64,000 nucleotides of DNA, taken from NCBI GenBank assembly GCA_052390515.1, contig JBQTGV010000005.1:34802-98801 (forward strand), in the 5' to 3' direction. Origin of the DNA: Candidatus Eiseniibacteriota bacterium (GTDB lineage: Bacteria > ARS69). Position numbers and translations under genes: made by a program. The notes under the pieces were generated by a model. The model was not told where the DNA came from, searched no databases, and saw only the letters and a program-made list of their open reading frames with translations. Below are positions 47,500-56,283 of the stretch, piece after piece (position 1 is the first letter of the stretch; every line of letters begins with the position of its first letter).

Positions 47500-48012
47500 A
47501 TGAAAACTCCCGACGTGTGGCTTCGCGGTCCGGTCGCGGCGGTCCCGGCCATGCTGCAGCCGGTCGCGCACGCGCTGCTGCAGGTGCGTGAGGACGTCCG
47601 CCCCTTCGTGCGGTTGTCCGCCGAGTCCCTCCACGCGCGACCCGGCGGTGCCGCGTCCATCGCCTTCCACCTGCACCACCTGGCCAACGTGCTCGACCGG
47701 CTCTTCTCCTACGCCCGGGGCGAAGCGCTCAGCGATGAGCAGCGGCGGGATCTCGCCGCGGAGCGGGCCGGCGGTGATCCGGCGCTCGGGGCCCAGGCGC
47801 TGGTGCTGCGGCTCGAGGCGAGGATCGATGCGGCGCTCGAGCAGCTTCGCCGTACTTCGCCCGCGTCCCTGAGCGACGAACGTCGAGTCGGTTCCGCGGG
47901 CCTGCCGTCCAACGTGCTCGGACTGCTCTTTCACGCCGCCGAACACAGTCAGCGCCACGCCGGCCAGATCATCACCACGGCGAAGCTGGTCGCACCGAAC
48001 CACGAGGAGTGA
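47500..48012 (+). CDS. DinB family protein
   Basis: WLRGP, SIAFHLHHL, DRLFSYA, FHAAEHSQRHAGQ. Confidence 0.88.
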   Translation: MKTPDVWLRGPVAAVPAMLQPVAHALLQVREDVRPFVRLSAESLHARPGGAASIAFHLHHLANVLDRLFSYARGEALSDEQRRDLAAERAGGDPALGAQALVLRLEARIDAALEQLRRTSPASLSDERRVGSAGLPSNVLGLLFHAAEHSQRHAGQIITTAKLVAPNHEE

Positions 48013-48014
48013 AC

Positions 48015-48515
48015 ATGTCGATCGCCGACGCGCTGGTTGCGGATTTCCGTGAGGAAGCGGAGAACACGAGGAAGGTTCTCGCCGCGGTCCCCGATGACCG
48101 CATGGACTGGAAGCCGCACGCGAAGTCGATGTCTCTCGGTCGGCTCGCGGGGCACATCGCCGAGACGCCCGCCTGGACCCCCTCGATGATGCAGGACGAG
48201 CTGGATTTCGCGAAGGCCGGCGCGGGGTGGGAGTCCTTCGCTCCGTCCAAGGGCTCCGAGCTGCTCGAGCGCTTCGAGCGCGAGATCGAAGCCTTCCCGA
48301 GACTGCTCAGCGGCAAGACGGACGACTTCCTGAAGCGGACCTGGACGATGCGGCACGGGGACCACGTGCTCTGGCAGGTGCCGCGGCACACCGCGATCCG
48401 CCTCACATCCATCCACCACATCGTCCACCACCGCGGCCAGCTGACCGTGTACCTCCGGCTCCTGGGAGTGCCGGTGCCCCCGACTTACGGACCGACCGCG
48501 GACACGGAATCCTGA
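48015..48515 (+). CDS. DinB family protein
   Basis: WKPHAKSMSLGRLAGHIAE...HIVHHRGQLTVYLRLLGVPVPPTYGP. RBS GAGGAG. Confidence 0.92.
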   Translation: MSIADALVADFREEAENTRKVLAAVPDDRMDWKPHAKSMSLGRLAGHIAETPAWTPSMMQDELDFAKAGAGWESFAPSKGSELLERFEREIEAFPRLLSGKTDDFLKRTWTMRHGDHVLWQVPRHTAIRLTSIHHIVHHRGQLTVYLRLLGVPVPPTYGPTADTES

Positions 48516-48531
48516 GCGTCCGCGGCGACGA

Positions 48532-48562
48532 AGGCGGGCCCGGGGCTGACCCGGGCCCGTCT
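48532..48562. terminator. Hairpin between convergent genes
   Basis: AGGCGGGCCCGGG-GCTGA-CCCGGGCCCGTCT. Confidence 0.6.
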
Positions 48563-48567
48563 CACGT

Positions 48568-49353
48568 TCACGAGGTGGGGCTGCCGGCCCCGCAAATGTA
48601 GTCCTCGGTGCCCGTCACCACGACGTTGCCGTTCCGGCGCAGCGTCCAGTTCATGACGCCGCCGGACAGCGTGCCGTCGAAGGTGTGCTGGTTCATCGTT
48701 CCGGTGACCGTCCCCGTCGCGCACCCCGCGGGGTCGGAAATGTCCAGGGACAGCGAGTAGCTCCACGTCGCGGAGTGGGTCCTGGGCACCGTGAGATTGC
48801 CGAGGTGGATGGCCGTCGTTCCCGTGAGGGCGCCACCGCCGGTGATGTCCACGATGCTCCCGGTCCGGACGGCCTGGAGACCGGCGTCCGCCTCCCAGTC
48901 GTAATCGATGTCGAAATCGCGGTCCGCCGGGTGGTAGTTCCCCACGTTCGTGCCGGAGAGCTGCACGTCGGCCTGATCGGTCAGGTCGTCGGGATACTGC
49001 TGCGCCTGTCCGGCGGCGTGGAAGCTGACCAGCGCCGTGAAGGTGGCCAAGCCCGAGGCCTCGGGTTCGTCGTACGGCTCGGTGCCCTGCACGGTCCACT
49101 GGCCGAGGTTCGGGTCGTAGCTCGCGGTCGTCTCGCGCAGCGGCGAAGATCCGTCGGGATCGCTCACCGTCTCCAGCATCGAGCCGAGCATCTGGAACGC
49201 GGTGTCGGCGATGCCCTCGGCGGTGTCGTTCTCCGCCGCGGTCAGCGCGGCCTCGTCGCCGGCGGCGGGATCGTCGTCGCCGGAGAGGCAGCCGGCGAGA
49301 AGCGCGGCGCAGAGAATGGGTAGAAACCTCACGGGGCGGATGAGTCTCCGCAT
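48568..49353 (-). CDS. Hypothetical Thr/Asp-rich beta-strand lipoprotein
   Basis: ATG at 49353 after GGGAGGG, lipobox LLAGC. Confidence 0.8.
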   Translation of the reverse strand: MRRLIRPVRFLPILCAALLAGCLSGDDDPAAGDEAALTAAENDTAEGIADTAFQMLGSMLETVSDPDGSSPLRETTASYDPNLGQWTVQGTEPYDEPEASGLATFTALVSFHAAGQAQQYPDDLTDQADVQLSGTNVGNYHPADRDFDIDYDWEADAGLQAVRTGSIVDITGGGALTGTTAIHLGNLTVPRTHSATWSYSLSLDISDPAGCATGTVTGTMNQHTFDGTLSGGVMNWTLRRNGNVVVTGTEDYICGAGSPTS

Positions 49354-49558
49354 TCGGAACCCTCCCAATAGACGCGGGGCGATTCGGCTTCCTCCTCTAT
49401 CGGCCGGAGCGGGCTTGCTCCGAAGTGCGTCGCAGCGTGTTCGCATTTTGCCCACCGCACCCTCCGTCGTGCACATCGCGCCGCGGCGCGAGCGTCAGGA
49501 ACGGCAAAGCCAGCCAACGACCCGCGAACGGTGGCGCGAGCTGCCAGCGTTCCGCCCG

Positions 49559-49574
49559 CGGCCCGGAGGTTGCA
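49559..49574 (+). promoter_or_regulatory. Sigma54-like promoter ahead of the large envelope operon
   Basis: CGGCCCGGAGGTTGCA, GG-N10-GC with TTGCA -12 element. Confidence 0.45.
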
Positions 49575-49653
49575 TTCCCTCCGTTACCCGCCGCCCGCGG
49601 ACGGTTGGTCCCTGGCGGCTTTGTGCAGCTTTCGAACCCGGAGTGGGCGCGAC

Positions 49654-50088
49654 GTGGCCACGAATCGCCGTGGGCGACGCCTGGGGGGAGTGCTGGCATG
49701 CTGGGTCATCGCCGCAGGCTGCGAGGGGCCGGCGGGTCCGACGCCTCCTCCCGGAGGCGGGCAGGACTTCGTGCTCGACTTCGCCCGGTTCCAGAGCGAC
49801 GTGCTGCCGGTGCTCGCGCAGTACAGCTGCAACACGGCGAGCTGTCACGGCGGCGGGATCCGCGGGACCTTCGAGCTCTCTCCCGCGGAAGCACCGGACG
49901 CGTCGTTCGACTTCGCCCAGGCCGAGCTGCAGGTCGACCCGTACGACCTGACCGCGAGCCCGCTGCTCGTCGAGCCGCTCTCGGAGGCGGCCGGCGGTAC
50001 GGCACACGCGTGGAAGCCGTTCGACTCGACCACGCATCCGGGATACGTCGCCATCCGCGACTGGATCCTCGCCGGAGAGTTCCAGTGA
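49654..50088 (+). CDS. Small lipoprotein with atypical CX4CH cytochrome c-like domain
   Basis: Lipobox IAAGC; FQSDVLPVL..CNTASCHGG..SPLLVEP..GGTAH..YVAIRDWI. Confidence 0.75.
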   Translation: MATNRRGRRLGGVLACWVIAAGCEGPAGPTPPPGGGQDFVLDFARFQSDVLPVLAQYSCNTASCHGGGIRGTFELSPAEAPDASFDFAQAELQVDPYDLTASPLLVEPLSEAAGGTAHAWKPFDSTTHPGYVAIRDWILAGEFQ

Positions 50089-50693
50089 GCGCCCGGGTCG
50101 CGGCCGTCGCCGCCACGTGTGCGGCGCTCTGGGCCTCGCCCGCCGCCGCCGAGGACGATCGCAGCGCGATCTTCCACGGCCGCGAGTATCTCGTGCCCGA
50201 GCTGGCCGAGAACGGATTCGCCGTCGAGCCCGGACCGCGTCCGTACCTGCACCGCTTCGCGTTCAGCCCCGCGTTCGGGCGTCTGGGGGACGAGAAGCTC
50301 TACACCATGCGCGTGGCCTACAACCCGAACCGCTGGCTGGGGTGGGAGGCGGGAGTGGCGCACAACCCCGGGCAGTCCGTGCACGCGCTGCTGCACACGC
50401 TGAGCGCCGTGGTGCGGTGGCCGCTGCCGGGACGGTTCCAGCCGTACGGCACGCTCGGCTACGGGATGATCCTGGTGTTCCCCGGCGAGGCGCTCAACGC
50501 CGACCCGGTCACCGAGAACGCGCTCAGCGCCGGCGGAGGTCTCGAGCTGTACGTGCGCAACGATCTCGCCGTGCGTGTCGAAGCCCGTCGCCTGGTGGTG
50601 CCAGGAACCGATCCGGTCTCCGGCGACACCGCGATGTACGGCTACCGCGAGATCACCGCCGGATTTTCGTTCTACCGCGGGCTCGGCCGATGA
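50085..50693 (+). CDS. Small outer-membrane beta-barrel (OmpA/OmpW-like fold)
   Basis: Signal peptide (SPAAA), FQPYGTLGYG, GGGLELY..LAVRVEAR, EITAGFSFY. GTGA overlap. Confidence 0.78.
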   Translation: MSARVAAVAATCAALWASPAAAEDDRSAIFHGREYLVPELAENGFAVEPGPRPYLHRFAFSPAFGRLGDEKLYTMRVAYNPNRWLGWEAGVAHNPGQSVHALLHTLSAVVRWPLPGRFQPYGTLGYGMILVFPGEALNADPVTENALSAGGGLELYVRNDLAVRVEARRLVVPGTDPVSGDTAMYGYREITAGFSFYRGLGR

Positions 50694-50725
50694 AGCCCGC
50701 AGCGCCCACCCCCGAGGAGTCGTTC

Positions 50726-52744
50726 ATGAGACGCGCCGAGTCCTTGCGCATGCTGCCGGTGGCGATCGTCACCGCCGTCGTTTCGCTCCCGGCCTGCCGG
50801 GACAGCGCCCCCGACGATCTCATCACGTCGGAGGACACCACGGAGGCGCTCGTCTTCGTGAAAACCTCCGTCGAGGAGTCCCTGAACCGGAGCTGGGGCG
50901 ACGGCAACCTGTACAAGCTCTCGCCGATCGCGCCGGACGGCATCGTCACGCCGCTGACCGCCTTCACCGACGCGGGCGTGGCCGATCCGTGCGTCTCGTT
51001 CGACGGCGAGAAGATCCTGTTCTCCATGCGCGCTCCGGGCGAGAACGACCGCAACATCTGGGAGATCGGGGCGGACGGCACCGCTCTGCGGCGGGTCACC
51101 AGCGGCGGTGGGCACGACTTCGACCCGCTGTACCTGCCGGACGGCCGCATCCTGTTCACCAGCTCCCGCGACAACGAGATGGACGAGTACAACCACTCGC
51201 CGGCGGAGCACCTGTACACCTGCGACGCCGACGGGGCGAACCTGGAGCGCGTCAGCTTCAACCAGAGCGACGACTTCGACCCGGCCCTCCTGCCCGACGG
51301 CCGGATCATCTACACGCGCTGGGACCACTTCGGGACGTTCAACCGCTTCCCGCTCTTCGCCACCAATCCGGACGGGACCGGCACGTTCCACCACTTCGGC
51401 CCGCACGAGCGGAACTTCTTCCACGCCCAGCCGCTGCCCGACGGCCGCATCGTGGCCATCGAGTCCACGATGATCAACGAGGACGCGGGCCCGCTCGCCC
51501 TGCTCAAGCCCGAGCAGGGACCGGCGGATCCGGCCGGCTCGAACTACGACCTGCACTGGGACGTGCTCACGGCTCAGGTGAACAACGACGGCGCCCCGTG
51601 GACGTACGGCGCGTTCAAGTATCCCTTCCCGCTCGGCGCGAACCGCTTCGTGGCGTCGTACTCGCTGCCCGCGGCCACCGATCCGGAAGTCGACTACGGT
51701 TTGTACAGCTTCACGCTCGTGCAGGAAGGCGCGGGGACGACGGCCGATCCGGCCACTCTCTCGGTGCGCGACCTCACGTTCCTCTACAACGATCCGGCGA
51801 CGAACGAGTACGACGCGCAGCTGCTCGCGCCGAAGGTCAAGCCGCCGGTCATCGCTTCGCAGGTCGTGCCCGGGGCCACCTCCGGCGTGTTCCTCGCGCA
51901 GGACGTGTTCAACCGCGGCACGAGCGACGGCCAGGAGCGCCCGCTGCGCGGCGTGCAGGTCATCGACGAGATCGCGGTGATCGCCGCGCGGCCGACCCGG
52001 CCCGGCGAGTCCGGTGACTTCTCGGCGAACGAGTTCGAGAAGCGCGCGCTGATCGGCTTCGCGCCGGTTTACCCGGACGGCTCGTTCAAGATCGAGGTGC
52101 CGGCCAACACGCCGATCAGTTTCGCGACGCTGGACGAGTACGACCGCGGCATCGTGACCAAGCGCACGCACATCTACGTGCGCCCCGGCGAGCAGTTCAC
52201 CCAGTGCGTCGGCTGTCACGAGGACCGCCAGGCCGGCGGACCGGCGGTGACCAACCCGAACCCGCTGGCGGCGGCTCAGCCGGCCACGAACCTGAACCTG
52301 CCCGAAAACCAGTGGACCATCATCAACTACGAGAACGACATCGGCCCGATCGTCCAGGCGAAGTGCGCGAGCTGCCACTTCACGGACTATTTCGAGACGA
52401 CGACCGTCGACTCGTCCGTGACTCCGCCGCTGGTGACCACGGTGCCGGACAGCACGCCCGCGCCGGCCAATCTCGACCTGTCGAGCATCCTGGAGCAGGC
52501 CGACGACATGATGGGCATGTTCCCGCGCGGGTACCTGAACCTCTCCGGCGAGCCCATGGAAGGCGTGGCCAACGTGGTCGACCCCGTGTTCCCGCGCCGG
52601 TCCGTGCTCGTCGACGCGGTGCTGGGTCTCGACTCGCGCGCGGCGCTCGGCCCGCATCCCGATCCGGCCGGACCGGACGCGCTGACCGACGCGGAGAAGC
52701 GCCTCTTCAACCTGTGGGTGCTGCTGGGCGCCCAGTACAAGTAG
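50726..52744 (+). CDS. Hydrazine-synthase-alpha-related beta-propeller lipoprotein with two c-type heme motifs
   Basis: Lipobox SLPAC, PD40-like blades (DPCVSFDGEKILFS, DFDPLYLPDGRILFTS, LPDGRIIYTRWD), HZS-alpha middle-like PDGSFKIEVPANTP..RPGE..CVGCHE, second CASCH. RBS GAGGAG; ATG at 50690 is an alternative start. Confidence 0.85.
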   Translation: MRRAESLRMLPVAIVTAVVSLPACRDSAPDDLITSEDTTEALVFVKTSVEESLNRSWGDGNLYKLSPIAPDGIVTPLTAFTDAGVADPCVSFDGEKILFSMRAPGENDRNIWEIGADGTALRRVTSGGGHDFDPLYLPDGRILFTSSRDNEMDEYNHSPAEHLYTCDADGANLERVSFNQSDDFDPALLPDGRIIYTRWDHFGTFNRFPLFATNPDGTGTFHHFGPHERNFFHAQPLPDGRIVAIESTMINEDAGPLALLKPEQGPADPAGSNYDLHWDVLTAQVNNDGAPWTYGAFKYPFPLGANRFVASYSLPAATDPEVDYGLYSFTLVQEGAGTTADPATLSVRDLTFLYNDPATNEYDAQLLAPKVKPPVIASQVVPGATSGVFLAQDVFNRGTSDGQERPLRGVQVIDEIAVIAARPTRPGESGDFSANEFEKRALIGFAPVYPDGSFKIEVPANTPISFATLDEYDRGIVTKRTHIYVRPGEQFTQCVGCHEDRQAGGPAVTNPNPLAAAQPATNLNLPENQWTIINYENDIGPIVQAKCASCHFTDYFETTTVDSSVTPPLVTTVPDSTPAPANLDLSSILEQADDMMGMFPRGYLNLSGEPMEGVANVVDPVFPRRSVLVDAVLGLDSRAALGPHPDPAGPDALTDAEKRLFNLWVLLGAQYK

Positions 52745-52752
52745 GAGGAACC

Positions 52753-53286
52753 ATGACGCGCGGACCCCGAGGCTCGCTCGCGGCGCTGCTGGCTGCCGCC
52801 TGGGCGGCCTCCGCCGCCCCGGTCGCGGCCGGCGAGATCGCCGCCTGGGGACCGGCCATCGCCAAGCACGAGTTCCGTGCGCTGGACGGAGGCACCGTCT
52901 CCTTCGCCGAGCTCTCCGGCGACGTCGTGGTCCTCAACTTCTGGGCGAGCTGGTGCAAGCCCTGCAAGCGCGAGCTCGTGGAGCTCGACGAGTGGAGCCG
53001 CACCGCCGGCTCCGGCGTCCGCATCATGGCGGTCTCCATCGACCGCGACCGGGCCCGTGCCGAGCGCTTCATCCGCTCGGAGAAGCTGGCGCTGCCGATC
53101 TATCTGGACGGGCCCGACGGCCTGGCCAAGGACCTCGACCTGCCTTCGTTGCCGTGCACCGTCGTGCTGGACTCGCGCGGCCGCGTCGTGCACGTCGACC
53201 GCGGCTCGGGGTCGATCGCGGAGATCGCCCGGGCGGTGAAGGAAGTGCTCGGCTCGCGGGCGACCGCCGCGGAGGTGTCGGGATGA
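52753..53286 (+). CDS. TlpA/ResA-like thiol-disulfide oxidoreductase, exported
   Basis: LNFWASWCKPC, LP cis-Pro loop, signal peptide, RBS AGGAGG. Confidence 0.92.
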   Translation: MTRGPRGSLAALLAAAWAASAAPVAAGEIAAWGPAIAKHEFRALDGGTVSFAELSGDVVVLNFWASWCKPCKRELVELDEWSRTAGSGVRIMAVSIDRDRARAERFIRSEKLALPIYLDGPDGLAKDLDLPSLPCTVVLDSRGRVVHVDRGSGSIAEIARAVKEVLGSRATAAEVSG

Positions 53287-53492
53287 AGCGCCTCGTGACG
53301 TTCGCCTTGCTGTGTCTCGCCGCGTCCGGTTGCGCGTCGGTCAAGCCGTGGCAGAAGGAGCATCTCGCCGATCCGATCATGTCCTTCGAGGACCACTCCC
53401 GCGAGGCGACCCGCGAGCTGCACTGGATCGAGGCCCGCGAGGGGTCCACCGGCGGCACCGGTGCCTCCGGAGGAGGCTGCGCGTGCAACTGA
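53283..53492 (+). CDS. DUF4266 family small lipoprotein
   Basis: ASGCASVKPWQKEHLADPIM...AREGSTGG...GGGCACN. Confidence 0.9.
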   Translation: MKRLVTFALLCLAASGCASVKPWQKEHLADPIMSFEDHSREATRELHWIEAREGSTGGTGASGGGCACN

Positions 53493-54625
53493 CCCCGCGT
53501 CTTCGGATCGCCGGCGCGCTGGCCGGTCTCGCTGCTTTCGCTCCGACCGCCTCCGCGGCCGAGATCGAGGAGCAGGAGGCGGGGCTGCGCTTCGAGATGT
53601 TCACCGACTCCGACGACGTGCACGTGTTCACGACCGCGACCGACTACGATCTCGATCTGGCGAACGGCGCGCACCTGCTCGTCGGACTGAGCCGTCAGGT
53701 CGTCGTCGTGCCGGCCATCACCGCGCCCGCCGGCACGCCGGAGGCGGTGGACGCGGTCTCCGGCGCGAGCCGTCCGATCTCCTCGTCCCAGGATCCCTTT
53801 TCGGAGTTCCGCAAGCAGCGCAACCAGCTCGACTCCTCGATGCGCTGGCGGAACGTCACGGCGGGGTACTACCTCTCGGACGAGAGCGACTACTTCGCGC
53901 AGCAGGTGCGGGGCGGGTACGAGCTGCTGCTCTTCGGCGAGAACGTGGAGCTGTCGCTGGCCGCGTCCTACGGCTGGGACGACATCGAGCCCGCGGCGGA
54001 CGACGACACAGCCACGCCCGGCGACCACCGCTCGACGCTCTACTGGAGCGCCGTCGCCACGCGCGTGCTGACTCCGACGACGATGCTCCAGGGCGGGATC
54101 GAGAACTCGCAGGTCGACGGCCTGCAGCACAACCCCTACCGGACCGTGTGGGTGGCCGGCGCGTACGCCGCCGAAAGACACCCCGACGACCGCTCGCGGT
54201 GGGACGCGTTCGTGAAGGTGAACCAGTACCTGCCGAACCGCTCCAGCGTGAACGCCACGTACAAGCACTACTTCGACGACTGGGGGATCGAGTCGCACAC
54301 GCTCGGAACGATGCTCCACCAATACGTCAACGAGTCCGTCGTCGTGCGCTACCGCTACCGCTTCTATCGCCAGTCGGCAGCCGACTTCTGGCGCGACGAC
54401 TACACCGAAGCCGGCGGCGTGGACGGGTTCCAGACCGCCGACTACCGCGTCGGGGAGTTCGACGCCCATCTCTTCGGGACCAAGCTCACCTGGGATGTCG
54501 GCCGCGGTCCCCTCGCCGTTCCAGCCCTCAATGGAATTCGCGTCCATCTGAAGTACGAGCGCTACTTCAACAGCAACAATTTCTCCGCGAACATCTTCGA
54601 GAGCGGACTCACGCTCTCGTTCTGA
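53483..54625 (+). CDS. DUF3570 family outer-membrane protein with flavinylation motif
   Basis: Starts MQLT overlapping the DUF4266 CACN end; DAVSGAS, SDESDY, NPYR, ERHPDDR, DDWGIESHT, RYRFYRQSAADF, C-terminal Phe. Confidence 0.87.
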   Translation: MQLTPRLRIAGALAGLAAFAPTASAAEIEEQEAGLRFEMFTDSDDVHVFTTATDYDLDLANGAHLLVGLSRQVVVVPAITAPAGTPEAVDAVSGASRPISSSQDPFSEFRKQRNQLDSSMRWRNVTAGYYLSDESDYFAQQVRGGYELLLFGENVELSLAASYGWDDIEPAADDDTATPGDHRSTLYWSAVATRVLTPTTMLQGGIENSQVDGLQHNPYRTVWVAGAYAAERHPDDRSRWDAFVKVNQYLPNRSSVNATYKHYFDDWGIESHTLGTMLHQYVNESVVVRYRYRFYRQSAADFWRDDYTEAGGVDGFQTADYRVGEFDAHLFGTKLTWDVGRGPLAVPALNGIRVHLKYERYFNSNNFSANIFESGLTLSF

Positions 54626-54645
54626 GGGCACGGAAGGAGGGAACC

Positions 54646-56283
54646 ATGCGGACATCTCTGCTGCTCGCCACGCTCTTGATGCTCTCCGGCACGGCCCACG
54701 GAAAGTCGTTCGTGGGTGCTCCAATTTTGGAGAGCGAAGGGCTCCAGTCGCTGAACCGCTCGGTGACCCGGGCGGAGCTCGCCCGCGATCTGTTCGGCGA
54801 GCCGTACGACACGGCGGTGCTCGGCAGCATCGACGTCTACGATCGCTTCCCGTACCTCGAGTCGCGCTGGTTCCAGATCGTGTCCGATCCGGCGTGGGAC
54901 CGTCTGCTGGCCGGTGAAGTCGGTGGCAGCCTCACGGCTCACGATGGCGCCGGTACGGCGTTCGGCCGGCTCGACGGGCCGCGCGGCGTCGCGGCGGACG
55001 CGTCGGGCAGGGTCTGGGTGGCGGACACCGACAACCACCGCGTGCTCGCCTTCGGCACCCGGAGCGAGTACGGCCGCATCGAACTGACTCCGCTCTTCGC
55101 CGTGAGCGGTCTGTCCCGTCCCTTCGACGTGGCCTTCTCCGACGGCGGGACGCCCTTCGTTACCGGCGACGACCGCATCTACGTGGCCGACACCGGCGCC
55201 AACCGCGTGGTCGCGTTCGACGTGACCGACTCGGGTGCCCGCGAGGTCGCTTCCTTCGGCGGGCTCGGCTCCGGGCGGGACCGCCTCGCCGGGCCGCTGG
55301 CCGTGGCGGTCGGCCGGTCCGACGGCGCCTCCACGCGCGACGTGTACGTCGCCGACTCGCACAGCGGACGCATCGTGCGGCTGCAGGATCAGGGCGACCG
55401 CTTCACGTGGACGAGCGAGACGGCGCAGGCCGGTGCCGTCACCTCGCTGGACACGGACCACTGGGGCGCGGTCTACGCCGCGTCGCCCTCGGCCGGATCG
55501 GTGACCAAGTACTCGACCGACCTGCTGGAAGTGGCCGCGCTGAACACCGGCGTCGAGCGTCCGCGCGCGTTCCACGTGCCGTTCGCCAACCGCACCGATC
55601 ACCGCAGCGGCCGAGTCGTCCGCGCCGGTCAGGGCTCGGGGCTGGTCGTCGAGGAGTGGACCGACGCTTCCGGCATGCAGCTCGTGCACCTCGGCGTGGA
55701 AGTGACGGGCCTCGCGGTGCGCACCCAGCACGGTGTCCAGGCCGACTTCGTCACGACCGATCACGCCGTGCTCTCCGCGGAAGTCGTGGAGGCCGCGACC
55801 GGTCGCACCGTGCTGACCCGCGACCTGGGCACGCACGGCGCCGGGCGGCAGTCGCTCGAGCTGGCCGACGTGGATCTGGCTTCCCTCGCCGGCGGCGATC
55901 ACCTGCTGCGCATCACCGCTTCGTCCGCGTACTCCGGCGTCGAGCCGGCCCGCGCCGAGGCGAGCTTCCCGTGGAACGGCGGCATCGCCGCGCTGCCGGG
56001 ATCGGCTTCCGTCGTCTCCATCGAGCCGAACCCCTTCGGAGGCAGCGCGTCCATCCGCTTCGCCGTGCCCGCAGGGGAGCGCCGGGATTTCGCGCTCCGC
56101 GTGTACGACGTGAGCGGCCGCCTGGTGCGCGTGGTCGACGAGGGCCAGGCCGTGCCCGGCGTGCACACGCGGACCTGGAACGGTGACGACGACTCTGGCA
56201 GGCCGGTCGCGGCCGGAGTGTACCTGGTCCGTCTCGTCGCCGGCACCGACACCTCCACCCGCAAGACGGTGCTGCTGCGATGA
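54646..56283 (+). CDS. Secreted NHL-repeat beta-propeller with C-terminal FlgD-Ig-like domain
   Basis: PRGVA..VWVADTDNHRV, IYVADTGANRV, VYVADSHSGRI; C-terminal EPNPFGGSASIRF..VYDVSGRLVR..WNGDD..GVYLVRL. Confidence 0.85.
   Translation: MRTSLLLATLLMLSGTAHGKSFVGAPILESEGLQSLNRSVTRAELARDLFGEPYDTAVLGSIDVYDRFPYLESRWFQIVSDPAWDRLLAGEVGGSLTAHDGAGTAFGRLDGPRGVAADASGRVWVADTDNHRVLAFGTRSEYGRIELTPLFAVSGLSRPFDVAFSDGGTPFVTGDDRIYVADTGANRVVAFDVTDSGAREVASFGGLGSGRDRLAGPLAVAVGRSDGASTRDVYVADSHSGRIVRLQDQGDRFTWTSETAQAGAVTSLDTDHWGAVYAASPSAGSVTKYSTDLLEVAALNTGVERPRAFHVPFANRTDHRSGRVVRAGQGSGLVVEEWTDASGMQLVHLGVEVTGLAVRTQHGVQADFVTTDHAVLSAEVVEAATGRTVLTRDLGTHGAGRQSLELADVDLASLAGGDHLLRITASSAYSGVEPARAEASFPWNGGIAALPGSASVVSIEPNPFGGSASIRFAVPAGERRDFALRVYDVSGRLVRVVDEGQAVPGVHTRTWNGDDDSGRPVAAGVYLVRLVAGTDTSTRKTVLLR

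Noticed and set aside
50726-52744. Evidence of anammox metabolism
   Set aside because: Only an alpha-like protein is present, with no hzsB/C or HAO-like neighbours. Such homologs occur in non-anammox bacteria.
53478-53492. Selenocysteine read-through at the DUF4266 CACN-TGA end
   Set aside because: CxCN is the normal family terminus, and the next gene overlaps it in the usual way.
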